Shown here piece by piece: positions 14,331 through 28,998 of a DNA stretch of 64,000 bases; position 1 is the stretch's first letter; each line of letters begins with the position of its first letter. The stretch comes from Eledone cirrhosa (Eukaryota). The notes under the pieces are model-generated. The model saw nothing but the letters and a program-made list of their open reading frames with translations. It did no database searches and was not told the DNA's origin. Both the position numbers and the translations under genes were made by a program. Location of the stretch: positions 37,944,001 through 38,008,000 of the forward strand of contig OZ024743.1 in NCBI GenBank assembly GCA_964016885.1, given 5' to 3'.

Positions 14331-15339
14331 CAGAATAACTGTTTTTACGTTGCTCAACATAATGTTCTAAACGTCAGCAAGAGTTTGTTTTCAAAGGCAC
14401 AGGACCTATTCATGAGGATATTATAAGTTAAGTCGCTACATACCCGCTGTTGGACAATGGTTTCGGGCAAACATGGGGGGGGGGGGGGGCGCAACACAAC
14501 ATCATACATCCACTTCCCAAACTGTGGCTTTTCCACAGCCTTCCTTGAATCTAAAACATTTACGCTTGCTACCACAATAGCATATATATATGTATCGCCA
14601 CTATCACCACTGTTGTTTACAGTTTTGCTTCATGTATTCAGGCCAACAATTTCATAATTATTTGTCATGAATTTATTTTTTGTTTGTGTTTGGATAACAC
14701 AAGTTATCTTCTGTTTGTGACTGGTTTTCAGATTTTGGATCCTTTAAATATTTGTTCTCACAATGTTGTACCTGGTGGGCGTGTTTCTTAATATTATGAC
14801 AACACTACTGTAGTTATGAAACATTTCTTTCTCCATGTTGAATTATAAGTAAGCGAAATATTTACGAAATAATGGAAAACAAACAAAAACAACAGAAAAA
14901 ACGTACAACGCCCACCTTAGGGAAGATAGTGTATATACCTATGTATTTCAAATCTTCCTTTAGTGAAAAAATCCAAGAATATTTATTTTTTTCTGAAATA
15001 ATTCGTGGCAAATACAAAAGAAGAAAAATTGTAATAGTAAACGACACCTTCGATGAAACAAACTTTAAAAAAATGATTTGTATATAATAAAACCCTGAAG
15101 GATATGAATTGTAATGGATTGTTTTTTTTTTTAATATTTAAAAAACTTGTGATATGATAATTTTCTTTTTTTTGCAAATAGAACATAAGGCATCAGCCCT
15201 AACTTTGAAGAGATGAGTCCACATAATATCTGGGAATTTAACTCAAATATTTAATTTTATGTTAAAAATTATATATTAAAAAAAGAATATTTTACAAGCG
15301 GAAGAAAAGACTCTGCGTCCAAGAACTGCAACAGCCAAA

Positions 15340-15470
15340 TAATTGTTTCTACTTTTGGCACAAGGCCAGCAATTACCCAGTGCATTACTGGTACTTTATT
15401 TTATCGACCCCGTAAGGATGAAAGGCAAAGTAAACCTCGGCAGGATTTGAACTCAGATCGTAAAAGGACG
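15340..15470 (-). mobile_element. 5'-truncated SINE with 18-bp TSD
   Basis: gcaacagccaaataattg at 15328-15345 and 15470-15487. Confidence 0.88.
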
Positions 15471-15974
15471 CAACAGCCAAATAATTGGTAATTTCACCGT
15501 CGCTATCCAACCAGTTCCATAATAATAATAATTATTATTGTTGTATCTCTAAGTTCTCTCAAAATGTTTAGTTCAAATGTTAAGGAAGGATGTCAACTTG
15601 TATATTAAATATAAGTAACAAGTCGAAAAGCTAGTGAACAGAACACAACCAAAAACAAACGTAACATCAAAAGAGAAAAAATTCAAAATTTTTGAACGCA
15701 ACACCCCATACCTCCTTCGGTGTTATGACTACGAGCTAAGCTTAGGTGAAATCAAAAACAGCAGCAGCAACAACAACAACAACACTAGTAACCGATGTTA
15801 CTCCTTCGAAAAAAAAAAGGAAAAAACAAAAAAAAAGTCAGACATGCAAACATTACGATGACCCCCCCCCCCTCGCACCACCACTACCACTACTACCACT
15901 AAAAAATGAAAATGATAATGATTTGTTGATGTTCATAGTGGTGTTGCTGATGATAATGGTTGTTTATACATTTG

Positions 15975-16460
15975 ACATTGAGCCAGCGAATGTCCAGCTG
16001 AATTGCTGGTGCTTTGTCTTGTTGACCCCGTAGAGCTGAGGACCGGGGTTGACCTCGGCAGGATTTGGGCTCAAACCATAAATGGTAGATGCTGATGATA
16101 ATTGTAATTGTTTCTACTTTTGGCACAGGGCCAGCAATTTCCCCAGTGTATTACTGGGGCTCTATTTTATCGACCCCGTAATATAATAATAATTACGTCA
16201 AAACGTAAAGCGACATAACTCTATGCTGCAAAACATGGGGTCTGACGGTCTACTGATACTGCCAATTCATTGCCGTAAGATAATAATAATTGTTTCTACT
16301 TTTGGCATAAGACCAGCAATTACACCAGTGTATTACTGGTACATTATTTTATTGACCCTATAAGGATGAACGGCAAAGTTAACTCAGACCGTAAAGTGGC
16401 GTAACTCTATGCTGCAACGCATGGCTTCAGACCCTCTACCGATACTGACAATCCACCATC
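15975..16460 (-). mobile_element. Tandem SINE copies and fragments in (TAA)n
   Basis: Repeated ttgtttctacttttggca... tails and ccctctaccgatactg heads. Confidence 0.85.
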
Positions 16461-16529
16461 AAAGATAATAATACCGATAGATAAATGTCACATAAATAGC
16501 CCCAAAACTTAATTTATTCTCTTTTTTTT

Positions 16530-17780
16530 AACGTAATGGTGCCAGGCTAAAAACACTGGTGTTGGCGCCAATTTAAATTCACTAATCCTCGATATGAGTG
16601 TTTAAATATCGAATCTAAATAGTTGAAAAAGAGGCTGGAACTTCATGTGAAAGACTCTCACCCAACAATTGCACACTAGTCCAGCAGCAGAATTGAATAG
16701 AACTGTCATGAAAAGTTATCTGAAGAGTGACCCCATGGAAAAAAGCGATAGGAAATGGATGCATAACATCTGGAATAAGGCTGGTCTATTTAAATATGGT
16801 GAACAAAAATTGGCGGATTAAGCTCGTGTAATAATAACTAATGGATGGATAAGCGAGTTGGAACTGGAGTAACTGAGCAGAGAGTTTGAATTGGAAATGG
16901 AGAGAGTGGTATATCAGGTAAATGAGCCAGTGGGAAGTGAGGGTGAAGTGGCTGAGAGAGCCGAAGAGACAACGGAAGCAGACAATAACCTGAATTTTGA
17001 AATGAATAACATCTGGATCAAAGATACAGGCATTGAGGAAATGAATGCTGACGGTCCTGGGCAAGATTTTGTTGACATTCTGAACTTCGTGTTAGATGTA
17101 ATGATCAATGATAGTGGAAACCACATGAACCTAAGATTTGTAGACAGAAAAAAGTTAAAGTCACGACAGCTAAGTTAAACAGGTTCATCCTTGAAGCGAA
17201 GAACCTTCACCAATGCAACAACATCCTCAAAGCAACCGCAAATGTGATGAAAAAATTATTTGGTATAAAAAACGAGAGGAAATAACAAACAAAAAAGCAT
17301 TGGTGGAAGAAACGACTCAAAGGTCAAATCAAGGAAATTAGAAAAGCTTGAGTTTTTACTAAATGGGACATTACAAAACATAGACACTAACGATATATTG
17401 AAAATGAAAAACAACAGTAAGGGAAAAGAGCTAAATGTTATCATAGAGGAATTTAAGCAACGCATTGTAGCAAAAAGTGCAAAGATTAAGAGATACGAGA
17501 TCAGAGTTAGTCAGTATAGACGAAACGCATGTTTGACAACAACCAGAAGATATTATTGGAACAGCTTGAAGGGAAAGAAAGAGGCAACAACGTGATACCT
17601 AAATAATAGGAATGTCATAAGTACAGTAAGTTCATGGGCTGTGTCTATTATTAGGTACAGTGCGAGAATTTTGAAGTGGAATTTTACTGAACAAAAAGAA
17701 ATGGATAGAAAAACTAGGAAGCTAAAGACTACCTACAGCATGTTCCACAACAGGAGTGATGCTGATAGACTCTACTTAAA
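16530..17780 (+). pseudogene. R4/Dong-like non-LTR retrotransposon relic, RT internally deleted
   Basis: MHNIWNK..EQKLAD*AR.I..NGWISELELE, WWKKRL, IEEFKQRIVAKSAKIKRY, then directly the post-RT WAVSIIRYSA.ILKW...MDRKTRK...DADRLYL motif. Confidence 0.75.
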
Positions 17781-17798
17781 TATATATAAGAAAGTAAG

Positions 17799-17885
<87 letters not shown>

Positions 17886-18992
17886 TAGAGAGAGAGACAC
17901 CTATCTACTGAATCTCTATGTATTTATTTCCTTTTATGATTTATAGATTTTCATATCTCAACTAATGATTCTGAAGGGTTTCTATATTATATACACTATA
18001 AAAGTGTTACAACTTTTGCATATTTTCATTTCTTCACGTAAATTTAACATCATTTTGATGTGTAAAAGTTATGAATATCTCCCTCTTTATTCTTAACACT
18101 CCTGACATCAGCACTAATTTTATGCTTCAGTATACATGACTGTAGCATTAAACTTAAGTAGAATTCGATACGAAACCTTAAAATAGCCATGATGTAAACG
18201 TCATAATATGAATCATCCATGAAATATCATACATAATTAACATTTTTATTACAGAAAATGGATACTATAATTTGTGATATATGTTTAACTCTCTGTGTTC
18301 ACAAGTCAAAACAATCAACTTTGCTTGTTATGCTTTCAAAGTCGATAAAGATTGGAGGTCGATTTTTCAGCCCACTCACTCCCTCGTAGAAATCGTCACT
18401 GTTCACTTCTAGAATTGAATTGGTTCGGCTAATTTTAAATGACCACGAATCGCCCTACGTTACAACGGTAGCTCTGAGACACCATCGTGAGTTTAGGGCC
18501 CTTGGCTATATAGATTTTCTTGCAGGTTGTGGCGGAGAGATGAATAGTTACAGTATTGGAAACATGTTTAGCGGAATTAGTTTCGTATCCTTGCTCGAGA
18601 TGTAAATCATGCTAGTTATCACCTTTGTCTTGGTTTGCATCATTCAATATCATTGACATATTGCACCAATCAAATAGTAGAGATGGAATCATTCTGTATC
18701 TCTTACTCCACAAACTGACTGAACTGGGCACTGAGAAGAAATTGTGGACGACAAGTTTCCTCCTTCCTACCAGATTGCCAATATTGCAGCAGAGCAATAT
18801 TTTGTCCGTGTCTATGACAATGTATTAGACAGTATATTGAAAATGCTAGCTTATCCATACGGAAATGGATATTATTATTATCATGCTAGAGCACTCCAGC
18901 CATGAGATATGGTTTAATCATGAGAGACCCGTCGTGAGAAATCTAATGGCGCCCATTCTTCTGCAGCTATGAAATGAAACACCTCCAGATAA

Positions 18993-19068
<76 letters not shown>

Positions 19069-19072
19069 TAAG

Positions 19073-19151
<79 letters not shown>

Positions 19152-19355
19152 GGGGTGATAGGCAAAATTAAACCCATGACTTGATTGGTAGTTTATTTAT
19201 CGACGTCGAAATCATTAAAGTCGTTGTTCAGCTCGGAGGTATTTAAAAGCAGGGTGCAGAGAACTGCAAATAATGCAGTATGTGGACATACGTTTGTATC
19301 TGTGTGTGTACACATATATATGTATATATGTTTTTATGTATATATATTGGTGAAA

Positions 19356-19470
19356 GTGTGTGGCTGAGTGGTTAGAGAATTGGATTCGCAATCGTAAGGT
19401 TGTGAGTTCGATTCCTGGACCAGGCGATAAGTTATGTCCTTGAGCAAGACACTTTATTTCACGTTGCTCC
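19356..19470 (+). mobile_element. Second tRNA-derived (CORE-like) SINE, truncated by a PLE
   Basis: A box tggctgagtggtt, B box gagttcgattcc, then tgtccttgagcaagacact. Confidence 0.75.
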
Positions 19471-19482
19471 TTCTACCTAGAG

Positions 19483-20043
19483 TTGCGACCGATAGATAGT
19501 ATTAGCAATAGAAACATTGAGCAGACCTTATCTTATAATAACCCTAGGAGTGATGCATCACTCATTCAGCCGGTCAATAGCACCCGGAAGTGTAACTGTA
19601 GAGTAAGTATTAACTGCCCTTTAAATGATCACTGCCTCTCTAGGAACATTGTTTATGTTTGTGAAGTTAAGACTAATTCTTCTAATAGCACATATATAGG
19701 CTCCACATCTAATACTTTTAAAACTTGGTTTAATTCTCATATATCTAATTTTAAGCATGTTAAGTTTAAGAACTCTACTTCTTTAGCACACCATATCTGG
19801 GATCTTAAAGGGGCTGGTATGCCATATAGCCTTAATTGCCGTATAGTAGCACGCTCTAATAACCTATCAACACACACTAAATTCTGTAATCTCTGTATAC
19901 TAGAGACCCACTCAATAATTTTCTCTAGGGAAGTTTTGCTTAATAGAAAGTCTGAGATATTTTCTTCCTGCCCCCATGCCATTTCTAATTCTTTCTTCTA
20001 TTATCGACCTAACAGTTCTGGTAGTTTAAATCGTATCCATTAG
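19483..20043 (+). CDS. PLE GIY-YIG endonuclease fragment
   Basis: CNC..CPL..CL..NIVY..C...YIGST..FK..FNSH; C.LC.LE; LLNRKSE..SCPH. Confidence 0.85.
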   Translation: MRPIDSISNRNIEQTLSYNNPRSDASLIQPVNSTRKCNCRVSINCPLNDHCLSRNIVYVCEVKTNSSNSTYIGSTSNTFKTWFNSHISNFKHVKFKNSTSLAHHIWDLKGAGMPYSLNCRIVARSNNLSTHTKFCNLCILETHSIIFSREVLLNRKSEIFSSCPHAISNSFFYYRPNSSGSLNRIH

Positions 20044-21423
20044 CTGCTATATTTCCTTATCTTTTTTGTTTAGGTTCATTTTGATTACCATCATCATTAT
20101 TATTATTAGTTTTTTACAGCTTTTCGATTTTAGTTTCCATAGTCTTTTGGCTACCATACCCTATCTATCTTCTTAAGCATTATTATAGTTTCACTACTAA
20201 CACCTTATGAGTTCATATCTCATTAAATACTTTTATTGGAGTCTCATTCAACTAATGAACCTCCTCCTCTACACACTTAATATCCGCCCCTTCTATTATA
20301 CTATATATAAATTTCACCTTTATGCTCCCTTTTATGATATTATATAATATATTGATTTTACTTTTATGCTCCTTCCAATCCTCCATAACCTCTCTTCTTT
20401 CTGTTCCCATTGGTCTACCATAGTTCTATTTAGAGTCCTTTTATTTGATAACGTTATTCGACTGAACGGAGCATATTTTACTCTATTCTTGATAATTTTA
20501 TTGAGATATCTTAAACTTATAAGATTTTGATGACATTAGCCAATTTTGAAGTGACTGAATATGTATTTTATATACTTTTAATATTAATTAATTTAAAAAG
20601 GTTTTCTAGTCAACTCTCCGGTTTACATTTCTATCTTTTTTCTTTTACTTAACCGCTTGTGACACCTAAGTAAATATACTTGTTTTTGTTTTTCGATCTT
20701 CGGTTTATTTAATTTATTTTTTTACTACCACACGCTGTCTGTCTGAACATGTAATTTCATTAATATATGTCTGTGTATGTCAACCACGTAAATATATATA
20801 TTAAGCATTTCCTTACACTCTGTTTGGTATTTGATATTAACGTTGTTATATCATATCATTTTTATGTAATCGTATTATAGATTTTAATATATGTTATTTG
20901 AGGTACTGTTTGGTTATATTTTGTAATATTTTGTGATATTTTGGTAATATTGATGCCAATATAAAATGACTTGACCTCCGTGTATTTGTTACAATGGTAT
21001 AGATATTTTTTCAACACAATTTAGTTCTAGATGATTTTTTTCTTACCCTGTGTAAAACTTTATACTATTTGTTAACCTTGAATTTATATGTATGATGTAA
21101 TTTTGTATATCTTTTGATGCCAATATATTATAATATTGTTATTATAATGTTATTATAATGTTTTTATATTGTTTATGCACACTGACAGGGAATTATATAT
21201 TATATTTTATTTTTATTTTTATTTTTATCTTTATTCTTATTTTTATCTTTATTATATTATACTGTAAACAATATATATATATATATTTAAATACTTAATT
21301 AGTGTTAGTTTGTGTTTGTACTAATGTGTATATGTATAGATATATATATATACATATATTAAGCTTTTTATTATCACCATCTATTATATTATATTATATT
21401 CTATATCGTACTGTAATTCTCGC

Positions 21424-21612
21424 AGGGCGGTGGATTGGCAGTATCGGTAGAGGGTCGGACGCCATGCTTTCCAGCATAGTTACGTCCCTTTACGATCTGA
21501 GTTCAAATCCCGCCGAGGTTGACTTTGCCTTTCATCCTTACGGGGTCGATAAAATAAAGTACCAGTAATGTACTGGGTAATTTCTGGCCTTGTGCCAATA
21601 GTAGAAACAATT
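21424..21612 (+). mobile_element. Full-length young SINE nested in the PLE 3' region
   Basis: Near-identical to 8365-8550. Confidence 0.92.
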
Positions 21613-21841
21613 ATATTACCATTTGTGTTACAAGTTTTTGCATTATACAATATTTGCAATGTGGGTTCAACATGTTAATCACTTCCTTGCTATTTGGTCT
21701 ATATCTATGTTTGTAACTGCTCACTCTTAATCTTAGCAAACTTTTCCTTGATATCTTTCCTAAGTTTTAATAGATGTATACTCCATATTCTTCTGAGTTT
21801 TTGGCTTGTATTGGCCGATAGTGCTTCTTGTAGCTTTACTT

Positions 21842-21879
21842 GCCCTGATGAGTCCTTAATAGGACGAAACATTGTTGGC
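21842..21879 (+). ncRNA. Minimal type I hammerhead ribozyme
   Basis: gcc CUGAUGA GUCC uuaaua GGAC GAAAC auu GUU ggc. Confidence 0.88.
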
Positions 21880-21924
21880 TAATAAAGACTTTTGATGTAT
21901 TGAAGGCTTCTTTGGTTTATTTTT

Positions 21925-21969
<45 letters not shown>

Positions 21970-22149
21970 TGTATATATATATATACAAATATAATTTCAT
22001 CGAGATCGAAATTCGGCTGTTGTCGAAAACATAGCGAAACGCATACGAAAAAAAAAAAAAATATATATATTATAGTTGAAATAGTAAACACAAAAAACAA
22101 CATCGTGGAAGCGATGAGGCAGTACAAAATGATAATATTAGTTTCGCGC

Positions 22150-22430
22150 TTGAGAGTGGGGATGTGGTAATACAGCAGTTAGTCCACCATACTGAGAATA
22201 ATTGTTTCCCCTTAGCGGATCTTCACCTCGTACTGGCCATGGTTATACGGAGCTGGAAGAACAACTGTTTGAACGCGCGTTCAAATGGTTGTTCTTCCTG
22301 CTCCATCTAGGCTGAAAATCCGCTAAATGGTTGTTCTTCCTGCTCCAGTAGAGGCTGAAAATCCGCTAAGGGGAAACAATTGTTCTCGGTATGGTAGACT
22401 AATTGTTGTGTTACCACTTCTACCTAACTC
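22150..22430. repeat. Fold-back element with an internal ~41-bp duplication
   Basis: Centre tttgaacgcgcgttcaaa (22268-22285); arms attgtttccccttagcgga/tccgctaaggggaaacaat. Confidence 0.85.
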
Positions 22431-22827
22431 GTCCCATGGACTGAGTTGTCTACCAATACGGATATTACCTTCCAGTGTTTTACCTCGCTCTCTCTATATA
22501 TATTATTTATTTGCAAGCTTTAATTTATTTACATAACCAAACTATTAACAGAGAAATTAACTCTCTTCTCTGAATGAGCATGTATGTGAAAATTAATTTG
22601 TCTTCCCCTTTTTATTATGATTATTATCACTTAGTACAAATATGCAACTTAACAATATTCTGTGTATCCGCAATTGACTAAGCATATAATGCCGAAAGCG
22701 GTATTGTAAATAAATTAATGTTTTGATATTTCACTGATAGAATCCCTTCAACATTTTCTACTGAAAAAATCTTGTTCCTACTATTTGTTTTTATATATAT
22801 ATCAACTCGTGTGTTACTTTTCTGTAT

Positions 22828-22887
<60 letters not shown>

Positions 22888-23480
22888 GGTGTGTGTGCGC
22901 GCGTGTGTGTGTGAGAGAGTATGTGTGTAATATTCCACAATAAGAACTATAGGCTCTCATGATAAACATTTCATCGAAGGAGACGTCATTACCAGAGTCC
23001 TGCGAGATAATGTGTCATGAGTAAATATTCCGGGCTTCCTTGACATTGGAAACATAAATAACAATGGACTTGGCATTCTGTCTTTTCGTAGGTATCTTAG
23101 CTTTCTTACCCACAACACTGTGTTTCAACAATATAACATGTTCAAAACATCCTGGATGTATCCAAGGTCAATAGTTTGGCAGTTGATTGATTAGGTCTCA
23201 AGAAAAGTTTTTATCAAAGTAACATTCTTCATACTCACTCCTCCCAAAACACGTGTTGGTAATCCAATTATTTCCTCTTGTGCTGTAAGGTATAATTTCA
23301 ACTCCGCGGTAAAGCATATGAGATGCAATTCTAAATTTCTGAAGAAAGACAAGCTACGTCTCAAATTCTTAATGTATGGCTTGAAAAATTTAACATTTCT
23401 GAAATATTAAAGAAATGCGGAAACATCTTAAAAAAACAACATATTCTGCTCTATTTTCAATATGTCTTCAAGGATTATAA

Positions 23481-23642
23481 TAATTGTTTCTACTTTGTGG
23501 CACAAGGCCAGGAAATATCCAGTGCATTATTGGTACTTTATTTTATCGACCCCGTAAGGATGAAAGGCAATTCGAACTCAGAATAGCAAGGGCCGTAACT
23601 CTGTGCGTCAAAGCATAGCGTTCAACCCTCTACCGATACTGA
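23481..23642 (-). mobile_element. SINE with 15-bp TSD
   Basis: caaggattataataa at 23469-23483 and 23643-23657. Confidence 0.88.
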
Positions 23643-24134
23643 CAAGGATTATAATAATAGTGTATTGTGGGAATTTAGAACATCAAATTGTCATTTTAAT
23701 TGATAAAGATTTAAAGCAAAGATAACTATTGGAACTGGCTTTAGGCTTCTTGTTTGTTGGTAAAAACTTCAGTAAATATAAACCTACACCTATTCAAAGT
23801 AGAGGCATACAAATACCATGATTCTAACAGAGTGACCATCACGTCCAGTTCTTGCGGTTAAGAAATCCTTAGAATTTGTATAGTTCTTCCCATACTTAGG
23901 AAGTATAATCAATTCTAATGGTTTTAAGACGATAAAATAGTAAATACGATCGCCAAGGTTAGCAATGTCTTTGAAAAGCTGCGAGGAAGGAAGGAAATAG
24001 AGTAAAAGAGGATTGTGTGTGAACATTTCATTTTAATTTAACGTATGGTATCAAATTGTGGACACTATATGGAAAACATACCACATAGCTAGATATCGTT
24101 AATGAGAGGTTTCTCAAAAGTAACTGTGGTTTAT

Positions 24135-24388
24135 ATATACACAAAACGCCAGCACCAACAGTTTTGCAAGAGAAGTCAACATGAATGGCCCTCTTTATTT
24201 TTATCTAAAGACATTGTTTCCAAATCCAATCCACTCGTCCCCTGAATCTATCTTATTTCTCATTCTTTCTTCTGATGAAGGACTAGCGTCCGAAACGTTA
24301 AGACCCTCTTCTGGTATATCAAGCGTTAACCTAATATATCCATTTCATATACTGTACCGATTGTGTTGTTATATCCGTTTACCTTTTA
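24135..24388 (+). mobile_element. PLE pLTR fragment (family D); copy at 29757-30012; decayed inverted copy at about 24820-24905
   Basis: tacacaaaacgccagcaccaacagttttgcaagaga... shared by both direct copies; contains an HHR. Confidence 0.75.
24268..24303 (+). ncRNA. Minimal (dimer-type) hammerhead ribozyme
   Basis: ucuu CUGAUGA a GGAC uagc GUCC GAAAC GUU aaga; stem III reduced to the ACGU palindrome. Confidence 0.8.
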
Positions 24389-24421
24389 CACACACTTACA
24401 CACACACACACACACACACTT

Positions 24422-24458
<37 letters not shown>

Positions 24459-24494
24459 AAGAGAGAGAGAGAGAGAGGAAGAAAGAGAGAGAAT

Positions 24495-24602
<108 letters not shown>

Positions 24603-24729
24603 GAGAGAGAAATAAGAAAGCAATTGCAACTTTTTGAGAAACTTTGTTTCATATTAAAATTGTTTCTATATCGATCAGCTCGGGTTTGCTCAGCCGATCG
24701 GATCCAGACACCAATTACTCACACAACAA

Positions 24730-24764
<35 letters not shown>

Positions 24765-25343
24765 AAAAATTAAATTATTAAATAACTCAGGAAAACGAGA
24801 TATATTGTAATATGCAAACATATATCAGTTTAACGCTTGATATGATAGTAAATTATTTTTAACTTTTCAGAAAATAGTCCTTTATCAAAAGATACAATGA
24901 AAAATAAAAGAAGGAATAGAAACAGAGACGAGGGTAAGAAGAGAAAGACACGGAAAAGAAAGAACAATTTTTTTGAGATAAAAACATTTGGGGTCAGAAT
25001 GTATCCTAGATATTAGATGGGTTTGGAATGAGATATAAGCCTTGTGGTGATTTGATGTGTTTATGCGTGTAAGTGTCTTTATGTATGTATGGTTGTGTGT
25101 GTGTGTGTGTGTGTGTGCGTGTGTGTTTGTGTGTGTATGTGTGTGTATGTGTGTGTGTGTGTGTGTGTGTGCAACCTAATAGTAGTGTTATGTGAGACCG
25201 ACCCCGACAAGTCTTGCTTCGCTGTTAGAAATGTAGACTTGTAATTGTTCATGTGCGTGAAATGACCGACGAAGGGACTTATAATGAGTGAACATTTAGA
25301 TAGGGGGAAATGCGTGCACATCTGGGTTTGTGTATATTCAAAC

Positions 25344-25853
<510 letters not shown>

Positions 25854-26235
25854 AGGCTGCATTTTCTAGCACGTTCGTCGCTTCCAAATTAGCCCCTTCG
25901 GCCGCATATCCCGGTATCGCGGCCCGCATTGCAAGGGGCCAAGTAAATACGGTGATTGTCAGATCGCCCCCGTTTTGATTCTGTCGCCGTCCGTCGAGAC
26001 TTCACGTGCCTTTGGTGTCCGTACAGCTGGGTTTCTCCCTAAAATCTGAATGTCCTTACCAGTCCGAGTAAGGATTTCCACGAGGAGAGGTGGCTGTTGC
26101 AGTGGGTGTCGCAAGCTATTAGCTGCGGAAATGCTCTTGAATTTGAAATGATGTCTTTATGTGTATAACCTTTACTCAATAAATACGAGGTCATAATCTA
26201 AGAAATTATTTATATATATATATTATATTTATATA

Positions 26236-26288
<53 letters not shown>

Positions 26289-27032
26289 TGTAAGAACTTA
26301 TATTCTGTACACGTCTAATACCAGAGAAATAACGAGGACATCATGTACTATTACCTGCTTTTATTTGAAAACAAAAGAAAATAATAAACGAGCCGAATTG
26401 AATAGATATGAACAGACATTATCGGTGGTCAATGTTTTTACTATTACCTGCCTGCATCAGTCTTTTAGTTTAATGTACTTAAATAGAGATAAAAATTGTA
26501 AAATACTCTCTGGAAAAGTTAGATAAATATTTTCTTTAAACTGTAGAATAAATGACTCATTTATCTTGTTATAAGTAGAGAATTTAAAGATTTTAATCGA
26601 ATAATAGTATACATAAGCTGTGTAAGAGTGAGAGCGTGTAAAAAATAAAAGGTGTGACAAGAGTATGTTCATATATCGTGAATTTCGGCGTTTTATAGAG
26701 AAAGACATTTAAGATCTAACGGTATTTCTTGAAAAAAGATGGAATATTTTATCTCAAAGCATATATTTTATACAAAAAGAAACAATATCGGCATAACCAT
26801 TAACAAAATCGTTTGTTTGACAGAATTGTTAAAGTATCTGACGAAGTAAATAATAGCATGTCGTAATGTCTCTGTACTTTCTGCGTTCAAATCGCAGCGA
26901 GACTAATATTTATTTGCTTCTATCATTTACATAACCGGACAATCTATCTCACCGAAAATGGAGGGCTTTATATAAAAAAACATCTCTCTCTCTCACTCTC
27001 TCTCCTACTCGCTCTATATCCCCTTATCTCTC

Positions 27033-27326
<294 letters not shown>

Positions 27327-27327
27327 A

Positions 27328-27421
<94 letters not shown>

Positions 27422-27435
27422 GAGAAATATACATA

Positions 27436-28945
27436 TATACCTTCTTCACCCGATATGTAGATGACATACTCATCCTTACATCATCCCGTGAGGAGGCAGA
27501 TAAAATATACACAACATTCTCCAGCATGGACGCCAGTATAAAGTTCAGCATGGAACACCCCGATGACCGCGGATCCCTATCCTTACCGGACTTCCAACTC
27601 AGGGTAACAGAGGAAAGCAACATTCACACCTGCTTCTATAAAAAAGCCACCAGCAGGGACCTGTTCGTACATTTCAGATCGGCCCTCCCAGCGCTAAGTT
27701 CGGATACATAGGGAACGAACTAACACGTATCCGGAACAAATGCACCGACGCTAGAGACCGAGACACACACACCACACATTTCCTGGAAGTACTCAAACTG
27801 AACGGATACACGACATCCACCACAAACCGTGCCAGAAAGAACAGAGGACACCACACCCGAGGCACTAACACTTGCTTCCTGAAGCTCCCACACTTCAGTG
27901 AAGAAACAACCACAGCCATCCGCAGAGCTATCAGACGAGAGGGACTAGATATCCAACTGGCCCACTCAGGTCCTTCTCTACGCGGACAGCTAACCAAAAG
28001 ACACTCCACCAGACATGACAACTGCTGCAGACTAGCCAACTGCCCCGTCAACGACACAGACCTATGCCACCAGGCTTACGTAGTATACAGACTAGAGTGT
28101 GACAAATGCAGCAACTTCTACGTAGGTAGCACCACCAGACCACTCCACATAAGAAAAAAGAACACCTCAATACTAACGCTTCCTCATTTAAGAAACACCT
28201 AGTTAAATGCAAAAACACCGACAAAACCATAACAGTTAGGATAGAAACTAATGAAAGAAACCTCGGCAATCTTAGAATTAAGGAAGCACTAATTATAGAC
28301 AAAACACAATCACCAATCAATAATAGACTAGAACTCAACACCCAATTTATAACTTAATAGAGCTGCTAGCCCCATATTTACCCCCCCCCCCCCCCTCCCA
28401 CACGCACACACACACGCACGCACACACACACACATACTTACACCTCCACTTATTCTCTCTCACACATACACACACAAAACCAGTTCTAACACGAAATAAC
28501 ATCTATCCCCCACATTTACGTATAGTCATATCTTCTCACACTCACACACACATACTCACATACTTACACCTTCATGCATTCTCCCACACACTTAAACAGG
28601 CATGTACAAAAAAACCCTCTTAAAGGGAGACTACTCTTTATCCACCTAATCTTAACTCTTTGACATTAGAGATAGAACAGATACTCTATACCATTTCCTA
28701 TCAGCATGACTTGGCAAGCTATTTAGAATACTGGTTTAACAGCTTTACTTCCCTCCGAAGAAGAGATATTATCTCAAAAATTAAGGACATTTAAATAAAT
28801 CTAAGGTAAAAGACTAATTGTCAACAATATCTTTTGCATTTGCATTCTTTATTCTATGTCCATACCTGCATATTTTTGGCTTTATTATACATATACAAAC
28901 GTTTATACCTCATTACACAATGCCTTAAGTGAACTATAACCTCCT

Positions 28946-28948
<3 letters not shown>
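27436..28948 (+). mobile_element. 5'-truncated Penelope/Poseidon-like PLE (RT C-terminus and GIY-YIG, frameshifted)
   Basis: [27 protein letters not shown]; VVYRLECDKCSNFYVGSTTRPLHIR..EH; decayed HHR ccgaagaagagatattatctcaaaa at about 28755-28785. Confidence 0.88.

Positions 28949-28998
<50 letters not shown>

Larger units (their letters stand above)
19471..21927 (+). mobile_element. 5'-truncated Naiad-like PLE (family B): GIY-YIG end, long 3' UTR/pLTR, HHR
   Basis: Homologous to 60043-62863; ends in (TA)n. Confidence 0.85.
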
